Positions 9,381 to 19,318 of a DNA stretch of 64,000 nt are shown here, piece by piece. Source of the DNA: an uncultured Pseudomonadales bacterium. Lineage in GTDB: Bacteria > Patescibacteriota > Microgenomatia > UBA1400 > UBA1449. Every line of letters begins with the position of its first letter. Within the stretch, counting starts at the first letter, position 1. Under the pieces are notes generated by a model, which was given only the letters and a program-made list of their open reading frames with translations, ran no database searches and was not told where the DNA came from. Made by a program: the position numbers and the translations under genes. The DNA lies in contig CAYLQQ010000004.1 of assembly GCA_964386355.1 (NCBI GenBank), positions 7,505 to 71,504 of the forward strand, read 5' to 3'.

Positions 9381-10199
9381 TTATAAGCTCTGCTTATTTA
9401 ATGTGTCAACAATGTAATTTATACAATTTTCAACTCCTCCTAACAACTGATTTGAAGATTGCAAATCTAGCACCTGCTCTCCCAAATCCCGACCATTGTG
9501 ATCAATAACGACCCCACCTGCTCCTTTTATCAAAGCATATACTGTTCCTACTTCTTCTGGTTTTATCCGAGGATGGCCCATCCCACACGCTACATTTGAA
9601 AGCACATACGCTAAATTACCTATCGTTGAGCCGGTATTTCTAACAAATAGTTTCTGAACTATGGGATTATAAGTCTCATAATATACTTTTTTATGCAAAT
9701 CAAGGTATAACGGTGTTGAGTCTTTGATTGGCCATTCCTGTAATAACTTAACTGCATGACCATTTATATCCCTAGTCACACCAACAGAGTAAGCGTATTT
9801 CAAATTATTGCTCATTTCTACCATCCCTGCACAAAACACATCTCCAATTTTAGGATTAATCCCTTGGTAAATTGCGATTAACACACCGTAAGGAAGCATG
9901 TTCTTACCTAGCCGATAATTTGTACTTCCATCTAATGGATCAAAGCAAACAAGGTATTCAGGATGTGGATGTATATCTACAATACCAATTTCTTCAGAAT
10001 ATATCTTTACCGGAAGCTGTTTCATTCTGAAATAATTGATGAACTCGTGCTCTATCAGGGCATCCATTGCTAATGTCTTGTCGCCCTTTGTGCTTACTCC
10101 GCCTGTTTCTTGAGTTAAATGAGGGTGTTCAATAAATAATTGTTTACCTAAACTTAATAAGTCTGAGACTACTCCATCAAAGTTGATTTTATTGTTCAT
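9381..10199 (-). CDS. inositol monophosphatase / FBPase-family phosphatase
   Basis: SEE and DPLDGSTN metal-binding motifs. Confidence 0.85.
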   Translation of the reverse strand: MNNKINFDGVVSDLLSLGKQLFIEHPHLTQETGGVSTKGDKTLAMDALIEHEFINYFRMKQLPVKIYSEEIGIVDIHPHPEYLVCFDPLDGSTNYRLGKNMLPYGVLIAIYQGINPKIGDVFCAGMVEMSNNLKYAYSVGVTRDINGHAVKLLQEWPIKDSTPLYLDLHKKVYYETYNPIVQKLFVRNTGSTIGNLAYVLSNVACGMGHPRIKPEEVGTVYALIKGAGGVVIDHNGRDLGEQVLDLQSSNQLLGGVENCINYIVDTLNKQSL

Positions 10200-10228
10200 A
10201 TTCCATAGTTTTATAAACTAATAAAAAC

Positions 10229-10570
10229 TTACTTAAACTCAATATGCTGTTCCGGTTTCCATGGAGGCAAACATATGGTCATAATTTCTAAATTTCCTTT
10301 CCAGAAAAACTTTTCATTCTTATCCAAAACCAATGAATCACCCTTTGATAATTCAACTTCTCCAGATTCTAGACCTACAATACCACTACCTGATATTACA
10401 TATACAAATTCCTTACTTTCTGTATTTACTACAAAACCTGTAATTGGATATCTATCTGTAATATGAGCAACAGCCAAATTAGCATCAGAATCATTTAGAG
10501 GGAACTCAGTCACAATACATTTTGGACTATTAGAAATAGTTATTGTTTCGGATCTTTTTAGTAGTTTCAT
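10229..10570 (-). CDS. cupin-domain protein
   Basis: EFVYVISGSG...LSKGD cupin pattern. Confidence 0.75.
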   Translation of the reverse strand: MKLLKRSETITISNSPKCIVTEFPLNDSDANLAVAHITDRYPITGFVVNTESKEFVYVISGSGIVGLESGEVELSKGDSLVLDKNEKFFWKGNLEIMTICLPPWKPEQHIEFK

Positions 10571-10619
10571 TAATAAATAACTTACTTTTGCTTCTTACTA
10601 CTTATTTCTTAATATCTGT

Positions 10620-11381
10620 TTATGGAGTAATCAGCACATTTCCGCTCTCTGTAACCCCCACTGATTTCTCAAACACTGCCGAGAGTGATCCGTCAGCCAT
10701 AGCTATGGTCCAACCATCTTCTTCATCTGTAATAATGTCAGGATCCCCCATTGAATAGATAACCTCAATCGCTAATGTCATACCTGGCTTAATTACCGGA
10801 GTTTGCTCAAGCTCTACTCCTAGATACCCTGGTATTTGAGGATATTCGTGCAAAGTCCTGCCAACTCCATGGCCAGTCAACTCGTAACTGACACTATACC
10901 CGGCAGGTTCAATGATGTTTTGGATTGCTTGAGAAATATGTCCGATGCGATTGCCTGGCTGAGCCATCTCAATAGCTGCTGCGAGAGCTTTACGGCCGGC
11001 TTCTAAAAATGCTTCGATTTCTTTCTGATACTGGCTTTTCCCAACCAGGAAGCTTTCTGCCATATCACTGTGAAAACCCTTGTAAAACATACCCGTATCG
11101 ATCGTTACTAAATCACCATCTTTTATTTTTCTTTCTGTTGGAATACCGTGCACAATTCCCTCATTTATGTTAATACATGTTGCCCAGTGGTAACCGGGAA
11201 CCATCATAAAACCAGGCTTACCATCTGCTTCTTTCATAAGCTCAACTGCTAGCTCTTCTATCTCAAGAAGTCGTGTTCCAACTTTCGAAAACCTAACCAA
11301 TTCCTGCATGATCGCTGAAAGCTTGGTCCCATTTTCTCGCATGAGCTCTAGTTCTTGTGGTGTTTTCAAATCTGCTTTCAT
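10620..11381 (-). CDS. map: methionine aminopeptidase type I
   Basis: CININEGIVHGIP, DTG, GHGVG, HEYP, AIE. Confidence 0.96.
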   Translation of the reverse strand: MKADLKTPQELELMRENGTKLSAIMQELVRFSKVGTRLLEIEELAVELMKEADGKPGFMMVPGYHWATCININEGIVHGIPTERKIKDGDLVTIDTGMFYKGFHSDMAESFLVGKSQYQKEIEAFLEAGRKALAAAIEMAQPGNRIGHISQAIQNIIEPAGYSVSYELTGHGVGRTLHEYPQIPGYLGVELEQTPVIKPGMTLAIEVIYSMGDPDIITDEEDGWTIAMADGSLSAVFEKSVGVTESGNVLITP

Positions 11382-11389
11382 ATTTTCTT

Positions 11390-11815
11390 TTATTTTAGAA
11401 TTTCAAAACCCTTTATTATAGCTTTTCTCTCTTCATCATCCTTGTCAAAATACTGATCAATTTCATCTTCGCTAATCCACTTATAACCTGAATGTTCATG
11501 TGGGTCAACAGTAATAGCCTGATTTTCATCTGTCATTTTAGCAAAATAATTGATCTCAACTGCATGTTTAGTATTGTTTTTTAGAAGATAGGTAAAAGCA
11601 TAGAAAGGCTCTTCAACGGTAATATCTATATCCATTTCTTCTTTGAGTTCGCGTTTTAATCCATCTTCGAGTGTTTCACCAAATTCAATATGTCCGCCCA
11701 ATAGCTCATATTTACCTGGTAAAAAATTGAGATTATCTGCTCGTTTACCGATCAGAAGCTGTTTATTTGAGTTATAAATAAAGGCACAAGCGGTGATTTC
11801 CTGGGTTTGGTTCAT
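11390..11815 (-). CDS. NUDIX hydrolase
   Basis: GGHIEFGETLEDGLKRELKEE Nudix box. Confidence 0.92.
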   Translation of the reverse strand: MNQTQEITACAFIYNSNKQLLIGKRADNLNFLPGKYELLGGHIEFGETLEDGLKRELKEEMDIDITVEEPFYAFTYLLKNNTKHAVEINYFAKMTDENQAITVDPHEHSGYKWISEDEIDQYFDKDDEERKAIIKGFEILK

Positions 11816-11856
11816 ATATTATTCTAACCTGAATTACGCAATGGTATATCTGTTAC

Positions 11857-11949
11857 TGTCATGCTGAACTTGTTTCCGCATCTCATAGATGGGATCATCC
11901 ATAAGATTAAGATCCTGAATACTGGCTTACAGCTAGTTTCAGGATGACA
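11857..11949. repeat. REP/MITE-like palindromic element, copy 1
   Basis: Termini TGTCATGCTGAA ... TTCAGGATGACA; related copy at 15122-15187. Confidence 0.75.
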
Positions 11950-11991
11950 TAGGAAACGAGGTTTTAATGTGTTGCCATTTCTTAAATCAGG

Positions 11992-12399
11992 TTATTCTAG
12001 CAATCCCTTTTCATATAAATCGTCAAAAATTAGATGGTCAACTGGAGATGTCAAATCTTTTTGTGAGTAACTAAAGAAAGCGATTTTTTCAATCTCAGAT
12101 GATGGTGTTATGTTTCCCCTAAATTCGGCCATATAGCATGTCATACGAACTACTGTGCCTTCGGGTTTCCCATGTGCTTGAGCTTCAAATGTACTGTAAT
12201 ATTTTATACTGTTTACTAGTAAATCTACCGACAATTCTTCACTTACTTCTCTAATTAATGCTTCATGATCTGTTTCATCAACTTCCCTTTTACCACCGGG
12301 AATATACCACGTATCTTTGCCTTTACTCAACGTTACCAAAATCTGATTTGAAGTATTAAAATGAAGAAAAGCTAATTTATCTATATAGATTGCTGTCAT
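11992..12399 (-). CDS. NUDIX hydrolase
   Basis: PGGKREVDETDHEALIREVSEEL. Confidence 0.92.
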   Translation of the reverse strand: MTAIYIDKLAFLHFNTSNQILVTLSKGKDTWYIPGGKREVDETDHEALIREVSEELSVDLLVNSIKYYSTFEAQAHGKPEGTVVRMTCYMAEFRGNITPSSEIEKIAFFSYSQKDLTSPVDHLIFDDLYEKGLLE

Positions 12400-12434
12400 G
12401 TATTCTAAATTGATACAATTGCTTACTAATTAGA

Positions 12435-13136
12435 CTATTTTTCCACCAATCCCATCCCTACTAACTTATCAACAATCGCTTCAATCGTATTTTCAATCGT
12501 TAAATTTGTAGTATCCAGTACCCAAGCATCTTTCACGATTTGCAAGGGATCAGCGCTGCGGTGTGAGTCTTGGTAGTCCCTGTCTTTAGTTTCCTGCAGA
12601 ACATCCTCAAGCGACTTGTCAAAACCTTTGTTCTGTAAATCACGCAACCTTCTTTGAGCACGCAGCTCAATATCTGCTGTCATATAAATTTTAAGATCAG
12701 CTTTGGGTAGTACGGTAGTCGTGATATCTCTTCCCTCCATTACAACCGCCTTATCATCAGCAATCTCTTTTTGCATCTCAACCATTTGTCTGCGTATTGA
12801 AGGTAGTGTAGCGACGGCTGATGAGCCTTCAGAGGCTTTGGGTGTAAATAGCTGCTCAGTAACATCTTCATTATTAACAAAAACATCACAAAACCGACCA
12901 ATATGAGTAGTGGGTCTTAGTTCAATTTTTGTTTTTTTGACAAGCTCATAAACTGCTTGTTCATTAAACCAATCTATATTATGAACTGAAGCTGCATACC
13001 CAACTGCGCGGTACATTGCACCGGTATACACATAGATAATCCCCAGACGTTTGGCCAGAAGATTGGCGGTGACGCTTTTACCAGCACCTACAGGACCATC
13101 AATGGCAATTTGGAGGTTTGCTTTAACTAATTTCAT
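12435..13136 (-). CDS. cmk: cytidylate kinase
   Basis: IAIDGPVGAGKS, TGAMYR, MEGRDI, DRDYQDSHR. Confidence 0.95.
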   Translation of the reverse strand: MKLVKANLQIAIDGPVGAGKSVTANLLAKRLGIIYVYTGAMYRAVGYAASVHNIDWFNEQAVYELVKKTKIELRPTTHIGRFCDVFVNNEDVTEQLFTPKASEGSSAVATLPSIRRQMVEMQKEIADDKAVVMEGRDITTTVLPKADLKIYMTADIELRAQRRLRDLQNKGFDKSLEDVLQETKDRDYQDSHRSADPLQIVKDAWVLDTTNLTIENTIEAIVDKLVGMGLVEK

Positions 13137-13141
13137 TGCGT

Positions 13142-13732
13142 TTAGACAGTTCCGTTTTGTGCTTTTTTTATTCGTTCCATAATATCTTTATGGATATCTT
13201 CGATGCTTTGTTCTCCATCAACTTCTTCAAGAACTCCTTTATCACTGTAGAACTCAAGCACATCTTTTTCTTCAGCTTTATAACGGCGTAATCTTTCGCG
13301 AATATTCTCAGGGGAATCAGCTAGGGAACCATCAGGATTCCGTCTGCCTCTTTTAAGTAAACGTTCTATAGAAACTTTTTCCCTAACCTTTAGGTGAATT
13401 ACCATAAACTCTTTTTTACCGTATTTTTCAAGTTTCTCTTCCAAAAACAATGCCTGAGACATATTTCTGGGAAACCCATCGATTACAAAACCGTGTTCGA
13501 CATCTGCTTCTTTGAGGCGAGCTTTCCATAAGACAAACATTTCACTGTCTGCCACATAATGTCCGATACGAATCGCCTCTGTGCATATTCTGCCCATAAT
13601 CCCCTTATCTTCAGCAGCATATTTTCGGACTAAATCACCAGATATTAATAGAGGAAAACCGATTTTTTCTGCAAGCAGTTTTCCTTGGGTTGTTTTGCCT
13701 GATCCTTCAGGGCCGTAGAGAATGACAAACAT
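13142..13732 (-). CDS. adk: adenylate kinase (short LID); start placed at ATG 13732
   Basis: GPEGSGKTTQ, IDGFPRN; follows secY. Confidence 0.9.
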   Translation of the reverse strand: MFVILYGPEGSGKTTQGKLLAEKIGFPLLISGDLVRKYAAEDKGIMGRICTEAIRIGHYVADSEMFVLWKARLKEADVEHGFVIDGFPRNMSQALFLEEKLEKYGKKEFMVIHLKVREKVSIERLLKRGRRNPDGSLADSPENIRERLRRYKAEEKDVLEFYSDKGVLEEVDGEQSIEDIHKDIMERIKKAQNGTV

Positions 13733-13748
13733 AGAATAATATACAATT

Positions 13749-13798
13749 ATCAATGACCAATTTACAAATTATGTGAAAATTGAAAATTGAAAATTGGG
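13749..13798. repeat. heptamer tandem repeat tract
   Basis: (GAAAATT)x3 with an imperfect CAATGAC/CAATTTA opposite arm. Confidence 0.7.
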
Positions 13799-13803
13799 TA
13801 TTT

Positions 13804-15093
13804 TTAAACGAACTCGTCGTAATTACGCATGACAAGCTGAGCCTGGAGAGCTTTACTTGTTTCCAAGATAACTGAAACAACGATAAGAATTCCGGTACCA
13901 CCTACTGCTAGTGTGTTTATACCTGTCAATTGGGTTGCAAAGGAAGGTAAAATGGCAATTAATCCTAAAAATAGAGCTCCAGCTAAAGTGATGCGTGTTA
14001 ATACTCGATTTAGGTAATCTGCAGTAGGTTTGCCCGGACGGATACCAGGGATAAATCCGCCTTGTTTTTTAATCTCTTCTGAAATCTTAACAGGATTAAA
14101 TGTTACGGCAGTATAAAAATAGGTAAAAACTACAACTAACAAAAAGTAAGTGATATTGTATGCCCATCCATCAGGGTTGAATGTCGAATTAAGAGTTCTC
14201 CCAAACTGGGCAAGTGCTGGATTACTAAGAGTAACCAGGAAACGCCCTAAAAACGAAGGAACAAGCACAAGTGATACTGCAAAAATGATTGGGATAACAC
14301 CAGCCTGGTTAACCCTCAGCGGAAGATGTGATTGGACTGATCCAACCCCTGATCCCCCTCTGATACGCCGTGCGTATGAAACTGTGATTTTACGCGTTGC
14401 TTCGTTTACCATGACGATACCAGCTATCACCCCAACACTCATGATCACAAACACGAGTATATTCATAAAGTTTAGCGTATCTGCAATTGATGCTGTCTGA
14501 AATACTGAGATAGGTAACCTTGCTACGATACCAGCAAAAATCAGGAGAGAAATTCCGTTACCGATGCCAAATTCTGTAATCAATTCACCGATCCACATGA
14601 GAAAAACGGTACCAGCAACCATCGTAATCACCATAGCCAAAGTTGAGAATATATCTGAAGAAGTAATAATTGCAGGGTTGGTTTGTTGGCGAAGAATCGC
14701 GATCATACCAAATGCCTGAAATGCTGCCAGAGGAACTGTTGCCAGCCTCTGATACTGGTTTAGTTTTTCTCTTCCCCAATCGCCTTCTTTGGATAGTTCT
14801 TCAAGTTTAGGAACAACTATAGTTAAAAGCTGAAAAATAATCGATGCATTAATGTAAGGACCTAATCCTAACGCCAAAATTGAAAAGTTAGCCAAAGTTC
14901 CACCAGAAAAGATATCTAAAAGTCCTAGAAGCTGATTATTTGCAAACAGTAGCCGAAGCGCATTGGTATCGACACCTGGCATGGATATATGAGTAACCAG
15001 CCTGAATAGAAAAAAAGCAAATATGGTAAATAGTAATTTTTTTCGTAGCTCTTTTGAAGCAAGAGCATTTTTAAAAGTTTTGAATATATCCAC
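13804..15093 (-). CDS. secY: preprotein translocase SecY
   Basis: [31 protein letters not shown]; GTG start. Confidence 0.98.
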   Translation of the reverse strand: MDIFKTFKNALASKELRKKLLFTIFAFFLFRLVTHISMPGVDTNALRLLFANNQLLGLLDIFSGGTLANFSILALGLGPYINASIIFQLLTIVVPKLEELSKEGDWGREKLNQYQRLATVPLAAFQAFGMIAILRQQTNPAIITSSDIFSTLAMVITMVAGTVFLMWIGELITEFGIGNGISLLIFAGIVARLPISVFQTASIADTLNFMNILVFVIMSVGVIAGIVMVNEATRKITVSYARRIRGGSGVGSVQSHLPLRVNQAGVIPIIFAVSLVLVPSFLGRFLVTLSNPALAQFGRTLNSTFNPDGWAYNITYFLLVVVFTYFYTAVTFNPVKISEEIKKQGGFIPGIRPGKPTADYLNRVLTRITLAGALFLGLIAILPSFATQLTGINTLAVGGTGILIVVSVILETSKALQAQLVMRNYDEFV

Positions 15094-15121
15094 AAGATAA
15101 TAGTATTAAGTAAAAATAAAA

Positions 15122-15187
15122 TGTCATCCTGAAATGATTCAGAATCTCCTTTTGTATCGGAGAGGCTGAATTACATTCAGCATGACA
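15122..15187. repeat. REP/MITE-like palindromic element, copy 2
   Basis: Termini TGTCATCCTGAA ... TTCAGCATGACA. Confidence 0.75.
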
Positions 15188-15220
15188 GATAATTACGGTA
15201 TCTTACTCAATACCGCAGTT

Positions 15221-15248
15221 ATTATAACAAGAATATATGGATGTGCAA
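15221..15248 (-). promoter_or_regulatory. internal promoter upstream of secY
   Basis: TTGCAC-16nt-TATAAT with TG extension. Confidence 0.65.
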
Positions 15249-15260
15249 AAAGGAGAAATC

Positions 15261-15689
15261 TTAAGCTAAAGCGTTTAGCACTGCTTTTGTGGCTGGAATT
15301 TGAAGAATCAGCTTTTTCTCAATCTTTTTGTCAAACAGAACTTTAATCCCTCTAGACACTACATCTTTTTCAGTGACCAGACCTGCTTTGATTAATCCCT
15401 CTGCAGTAACCTCATCACCATCTTTAAAGATGTCTAGCTGAGACAGTTTGATTTCTATCGGATCAACTATATGAACTTTATTTCTGTTCTTTCCTCTCAA
15501 CCATGGAGTCCGGCGATAAAAATCTTTATTCGTCTTTGTTCCTTCAAATAAAAGTTTAACTTTACCCCGTGATTTTTGGCCTTTTTGTCCTCGTCCAACC
15601 GTATGTCCACCCTTACCGCTGCCATAGCCTTGACCATGACGTTTGGCTTTTGGTGTAGTTGTTTTTGGTAAAGTTGTAAGGAAATTCAT
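15261..15689 (-). CDS. rplO: 50S ribosomal protein L15
   Basis: GQGYGSGKGG..GRGQKGQKSR, FEG. Confidence 0.96.
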   Translation of the reverse strand: MNFLTTLPKTTTPKAKRHGQGYGSGKGGHTVGRGQKGQKSRGKVKLLFEGTKTNKDFYRRTPWLRGKNRNKVHIVDPIEIKLSQLDIFKDGDEVTAEGLIKAGLVTEKDVVSRGIKVLFDKKIEKKLILQIPATKAVLNALA

Positions 15690-15722
15690 ATTGCTCGTTG
15701 GCGCTAATGTTTAGCAGATAGG

Positions 15723-16430
15723 TTATTTAATTGCTTTTTTACTAGTTTTTTTCACAGTCTTAACAGTAGTTTTCTTTACGGATGGTTTCTTAGTTTCGTT
15801 TTTAACTTCTTTAACTTCAGCTTTTTTTGCTGCTTTTGTAGCTTTTTCAGTTTTTTGATTTGTTTCGGATTTGGAACTTTGAATTTCTAATTTTGCAATT
15901 TCTTCATCAGCCTTAATAACAGTTGGCATGATTGGTTTTACTACTTCAACTTCCGGTTGTCTTAGCGCTTCCAAAGCCATAAATGTAGCATATACATTTA
16001 AGGTTTTGTTTGCTGATCCCATCATTTTTGAAACAAGGTTTCGGATACCGAACGCTTCGAGGACTGAACGGATTGGACCCCCAGCAATAACTCCTGTTCC
16101 TTCCGGAGCAGGTTTTAGTAAAATGGCTGCAGATTTGTATTTAAACAAAATCTCATGTGGGATTGTATCGGCACCAACTCTTTTGATAGTGACTAGATGC
16201 TTTTTTGCACGTCCAATTGATTTTTGGATAGCGGACATGACATCTGGTGCTTTATTAAATCCAACGGCTGCTCGACCTTTTTTATCACCAATAACTACTA
16301 ATGCGGAAAAGCTTATCTTATTCCCACCTTTTTTCTTTTGAGTAACTCGTTTGATCTCAATCACTTTCTCCTCAAATTCTTTAGGAGCTCTTGGTTCTCG
16401 ATCTCGTCTTTGTTGGTTAGGATGTGCCAT
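15723..16430 (-). CDS. rpsE: 30S ribosomal protein S5 with long C-terminal extension
   Basis: FSALVVIGD, PAPEGTGVIAGG. Confidence 0.97.
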   Translation of the reverse strand: MAHPNQQRRDREPRAPKEFEEKVIEIKRVTQKKKGGNKISFSALVVIGDKKGRAAVGFNKAPDVMSAIQKSIGRAKKHLVTIKRVGADTIPHEILFKYKSAAILLKPAPEGTGVIAGGPIRSVLEAFGIRNLVSKMMGSANKTLNVYATFMALEALRQPEVEVVKPIMPTVIKADEEIAKLEIQSSKSETNQKTEKATKAAKKAEVKEVKNETKKPSVKKTTVKTVKKTSKKAIK

Positions 16431-16444
16431 ATTTGTATATAATG

Positions 16445-16795
16445 TTAAATTGTTAATCCGGCTTCACGTGCTCCCTCGCACAATGCTTTGACTCTACCAT
16501 GGTACCGATAAGAACCGCGGTCAAATACCAATTCATGTATCTTGTGTTTTTTTGCCTGTTCAGCAATGAGTTTACCGACTTCAGTTGCCTTTGCTGTTTT
16601 AGTAATCTTTTTATCCAGTTTAAGATTGCTATCAATTACTGTTGCAATGGTTTTACCCTTTTGGTCAACCAGTTGAGCCATGATGTGTTTATTTGAGCGG
16701 TCTACTACCAAGCGTACTCTATCAGCAAACCTTTTAATCTTTGATCTTACCCGCTGTCCTCTGATCTGGCTTTGTGTTTGTCTAGTTCTATCCAT
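16445..16795 (-). CDS. rplR: 50S ribosomal protein L18
   Basis: RSNKHI, FDRGSYRYHGRVKAL. Confidence 0.97.
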   Translation of the reverse strand: MDRTRQTQSQIRGQRVRSKIKRFADRVRLVVDRSNKHIMAQLVDQKGKTIATVIDSNLKLDKKITKTAKATEVGKLIAEQAKKHKIHELVFDRGSYRYHGRVKALCEGAREAGLTI

Positions 16796-16821
16796 ATGTA
16801 TTTAGTAATTTCTTTTTAGAA

Positions 16822-17364
16822 TTATTCGCCTTTACTGGTTTTTCCAGCTTTTTTGATAATAACTTCATCGGTGTATCGAATTCCTTTGCCTTTATATGGT
16901 TCAGGTTTGCGGTGAGCACGAATGTTGGCAGCTATCTGACCCACCAGTTCTTTATCATATCCTTGTACGGCTACCTTGTCCTGATCTGTGACTGCAAAAG
17001 TGATTCCAGGTACCGATTTGACAATAACCGGGTGTGAAAAACCTAGCGACATTTCCAGATTTTGTCCGGTCAACTTTGCCCTGTAGCCTGTTCCTACAAG
17101 TATGAGATTCTTTGTAAATCCCTCAGTAACACCCTTGATCAAATTATTCAGCTTGTTGCGTACCATTCCATGAAGCGATTTCATTTTCTTAGTTTCAGAT
17201 TTTCTGCTTAGCGTAACGACTCCATCTTCTAGATTACACTCAATTCCCATAGGTATAGGTAATGTCAATTCAGCCTTGGGTCCTTTGACAGTACATACTG
17301 CATCGGCAAATGTGACAGTTACATTACTTGGGACTGGTACTGGTGATCTTCCTACTCTAGACAT
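16822..17364 (-). CDS. rplF: 50S ribosomal protein L6
   Basis: MSRVG, LGFSHP, PEPYKGKGIRY. Confidence 0.98.
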   Translation of the reverse strand: MSRVGRSPVPVPSNVTVTFADAVCTVKGPKAELTLPIPMGIECNLEDGVVTLSRKSETKKMKSLHGMVRNKLNNLIKGVTEGFTKNLILVGTGYRAKLTGQNLEMSLGFSHPVIVKSVPGITFAVTDQDKVAVQGYDKELVGQIAANIRAHRKPEPYKGKGIRYTDEVIIKKAGKTSKGE

Positions 17365-17370
17365 ATGTAT

Positions 17371-17763
17371 TTACCAAACTTTACAAATAATTTCTCCGCC
17401 TAAACCTTGTCTGCGGGCATCCTTGTCAGTCATTACACCTTTAGAAGTTGTAATAATCGCATGGCCCAAGCCCGACAAAACATAGGGAAGTTCTTTTTTA
17501 CCACCGTATACTCTTCTGCCAGATTTTGACACACGTATAATTTTGGTAATTGCAGGTTTATTTTGCTTATACAATAGTTTTACCTGCAGATCTTTTTTAT
17601 TGTCGTTTTCAGTAATTTCATACGCTTCAATATACTCATTTGCTTTAAGCACTTCTGCTATTGCTTTCTTCTGGTTAGCAAATGGGATTACTACTGAGCT
17701 CTTATGGGCTAAGTAGCCATTCCTAATTCTGGTAATCATGTCTGCAATACTGTCTGATAACAT
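17371..17763 (-). CDS. rpsH: 30S ribosomal protein S8
   Basis: IADMITRIRN, GGEIIC. Confidence 0.98.
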   Translation of the reverse strand: MLSDSIADMITRIRNGYLAHKSSVVIPFANQKKAIAEVLKANEYIEAYEITENDNKKDLQVKLLYKQNKPAITKIIRVSKSGRRVYGGKKELPYVLSGLGHAIITTSKGVMTDKDARRQGLGGEIICKVW

Positions 17764-17782
17764 AATGTTCTCCTATTTATAT

Positions 17783-17971
17783 TTACCAACTAGCTTTTGT
17801 TACACCAGGTAATTCTCCCTTATGGGCTAGTTTTCTAAAGCACAATCTACACAAACCGAACATTCTCATGTAACCTTTTGGACGTCCACAGAGTAAGCAC
17901 CGATTTTTCTTACGGGTACTAAATTTTGGTGTCTGTTGTGTATCTTTTACAAACTTAGCTGTTGTTGACAT
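17783..17971 (-). CDS. rpsN: 30S ribosomal protein S14, Zn-binding type
   Basis: CLLCGR...[14 protein letters not shown]. Confidence 0.97.
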   Translation of the reverse strand: MSTTAKFVKDTQQTPKFSTRKKNRCLLCGRPKGYMRMFGLCRLCFRKLAHKGELPGVTKASW

Positions 17972-17985
17972 ACGTATTATATAAT

Positions 17986-18543
17986 TTATTTAGCTTCTTC
18001 TTTTTCAAAAGGCATGCCCATATATTTTAAAAGCAAGTAGGCACTTTCCTTATCTTTTGCTGTTGTATTAATGGTAATCTGCAGGCCACGAACGCGGTCG
18101 ATTGTATCATAATCTATCTCAGAAAAAATAATCTGTTCAGAAAGTCCCAAATTATAGTTACCTTGCTGATCAAATGCATTTGCTTTGACTCCCTGAAAAT
18201 CACGCACACGAGGAAGCACTATAGAAACTAATTTGTCAAAGAATTCATACATCCGTATCCCGCGCAGAGTAACACGAACACCGATCGGGTCATTTTTTCT
18301 CACACCAAATTCAGCGATAGATTTTGATGCTTGCCTAGTTTGAGGCTTTTGACCGGCAATTTTCCCTATATACCCTACAATCTTATCCAAAACAGCCTTA
18401 TCTTTACTGGCATCACCAATTCCCATATTTATAACAATCTTTTTAAGTCTAGGAACAGCCATGACATTTTTAACTCCCAACTCTTTTTTCAGTGAGGGTG
18501 CTATTTTTTCTTGATATTGTTGCTGTAATCTATTCATATACAT
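17986..18543 (-). CDS. rplE: 50S ribosomal protein L5
   Basis: KIVINMG, VTLRG, PRVRDF. Confidence 0.98.
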   Translation of the reverse strand: MYMNRLQQQYQEKIAPSLKKELGVKNVMAVPRLKKIVINMGIGDASKDKAVLDKIVGYIGKIAGQKPQTRQASKSIAEFGVRKNDPIGVRVTLRGIRMYEFFDKLVSIVLPRVRDFQGVKANAFDQQGNYNLGLSEQIIFSEIDYDTIDRVRGLQITINTTAKDKESAYLLLKYMGMPFEKEEAK

Positions 18544-18555
18544 TCAATACAATGA

Positions 18556-18921
18556 TTATTTCTTAGCTGTTTTTTCTTCTTTTTTAATTTCAATCACCTG
18601 TTCACATTTCTTACATACTCTCTGTTTTGTTTTTGCGATTGTCTTATATCCAATGCGTGTCGATTTTTTACAATTTGGACAGATTACCATTGCGTTAGCA
18701 ATACTGATTGGCTTTTCCATTGTGATAATTTGACCTGGCTGTTGTTGCCCTTTGGGCTTGACGTGTTTTTTTACCAAATTAACACCTTTAACAAGCACTT
18801 TGGACTCAGAGAGCAGTACCTTCTCAACCAAACCTTTTTTCCCAGAATCTTTACCAGCCATAATTTGGACTGTATCGCCTTTTTTGATTTTAGATTTTAT
18901 TATTGCTTTATTCATATTCAT
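18556..18921 (-). CDS. rplX: 50S ribosomal protein L24; start trimmed to 18921 (or 18915)
   Basis: IKKGDTV..AGKDSGK; the track start overlaps rplN; AAGGA precedes 18921. Confidence 0.95.
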   Translation of the reverse strand: MNMNKAIIKSKIKKGDTVQIMAGKDSGKKGLVEKVLLSESKVLVKGVNLVKKHVKPKGQQQPGQIITMEKPISIANAMVICPNCKKSTRIGYKTIAKTKQRVCKKCEQVIEIKKEEKTAKK

Positions 18922-18934
18922 TTCGTCCTTACTT

Positions 18935-19309
18935 TTACAATACTTCTGGTGCCAAAGATGCAATTTTATTGTATCCCAGTTCCTTTACCTCACGAGCAAT
19001 CGGGCCAAAAATACGGGATGCGACAGGCTCTTTATTTGTTACCCCCTGGATTACAACTGCGGCGTTTTCATCAAATCTAATATAGCTACCATCTTTTCGA
19101 CGGACTTCTTTGCGAGTTCTTACGATGACTGCTTTTACCCTATCTCCATCTTTTACGGTACCGTTCGAATCAGCTTTAACCACAGCTGCTGTTACAACAT
19201 CGCCTACAAACCCAAACCTACGGTGTGAACCGCCATGTACGAGCATTACCCGTAATTGCTTGGCTCCTGAATTGTCTGCGACATTAATGAGTGATCTTAA
19301 CTGAATCAT
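18935..19309 (-). CDS. rplN: 50S ribosomal protein L14
   Basis: [23 protein letters not shown]. Confidence 0.98.
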   Translation of the reverse strand: MIQLRSLINVADNSGAKQLRVMLVHGGSHRRFGFVGDVVTAAVVKADSNGTVKDGDRVKAVIVRTRKEVRRKDGSYIRFDENAAVVIQGVTNKEPVASRIFGPIAREVKELGYNKIASLAPEVL

Positions 19310-19318
19310 ATTTCCTTA

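Noticed and set aside
18922-18963. N-terminal extension of L24 in the ORF track
   Set aside because: Overlaps rplN; a better start with an SD lies at 18921/18915
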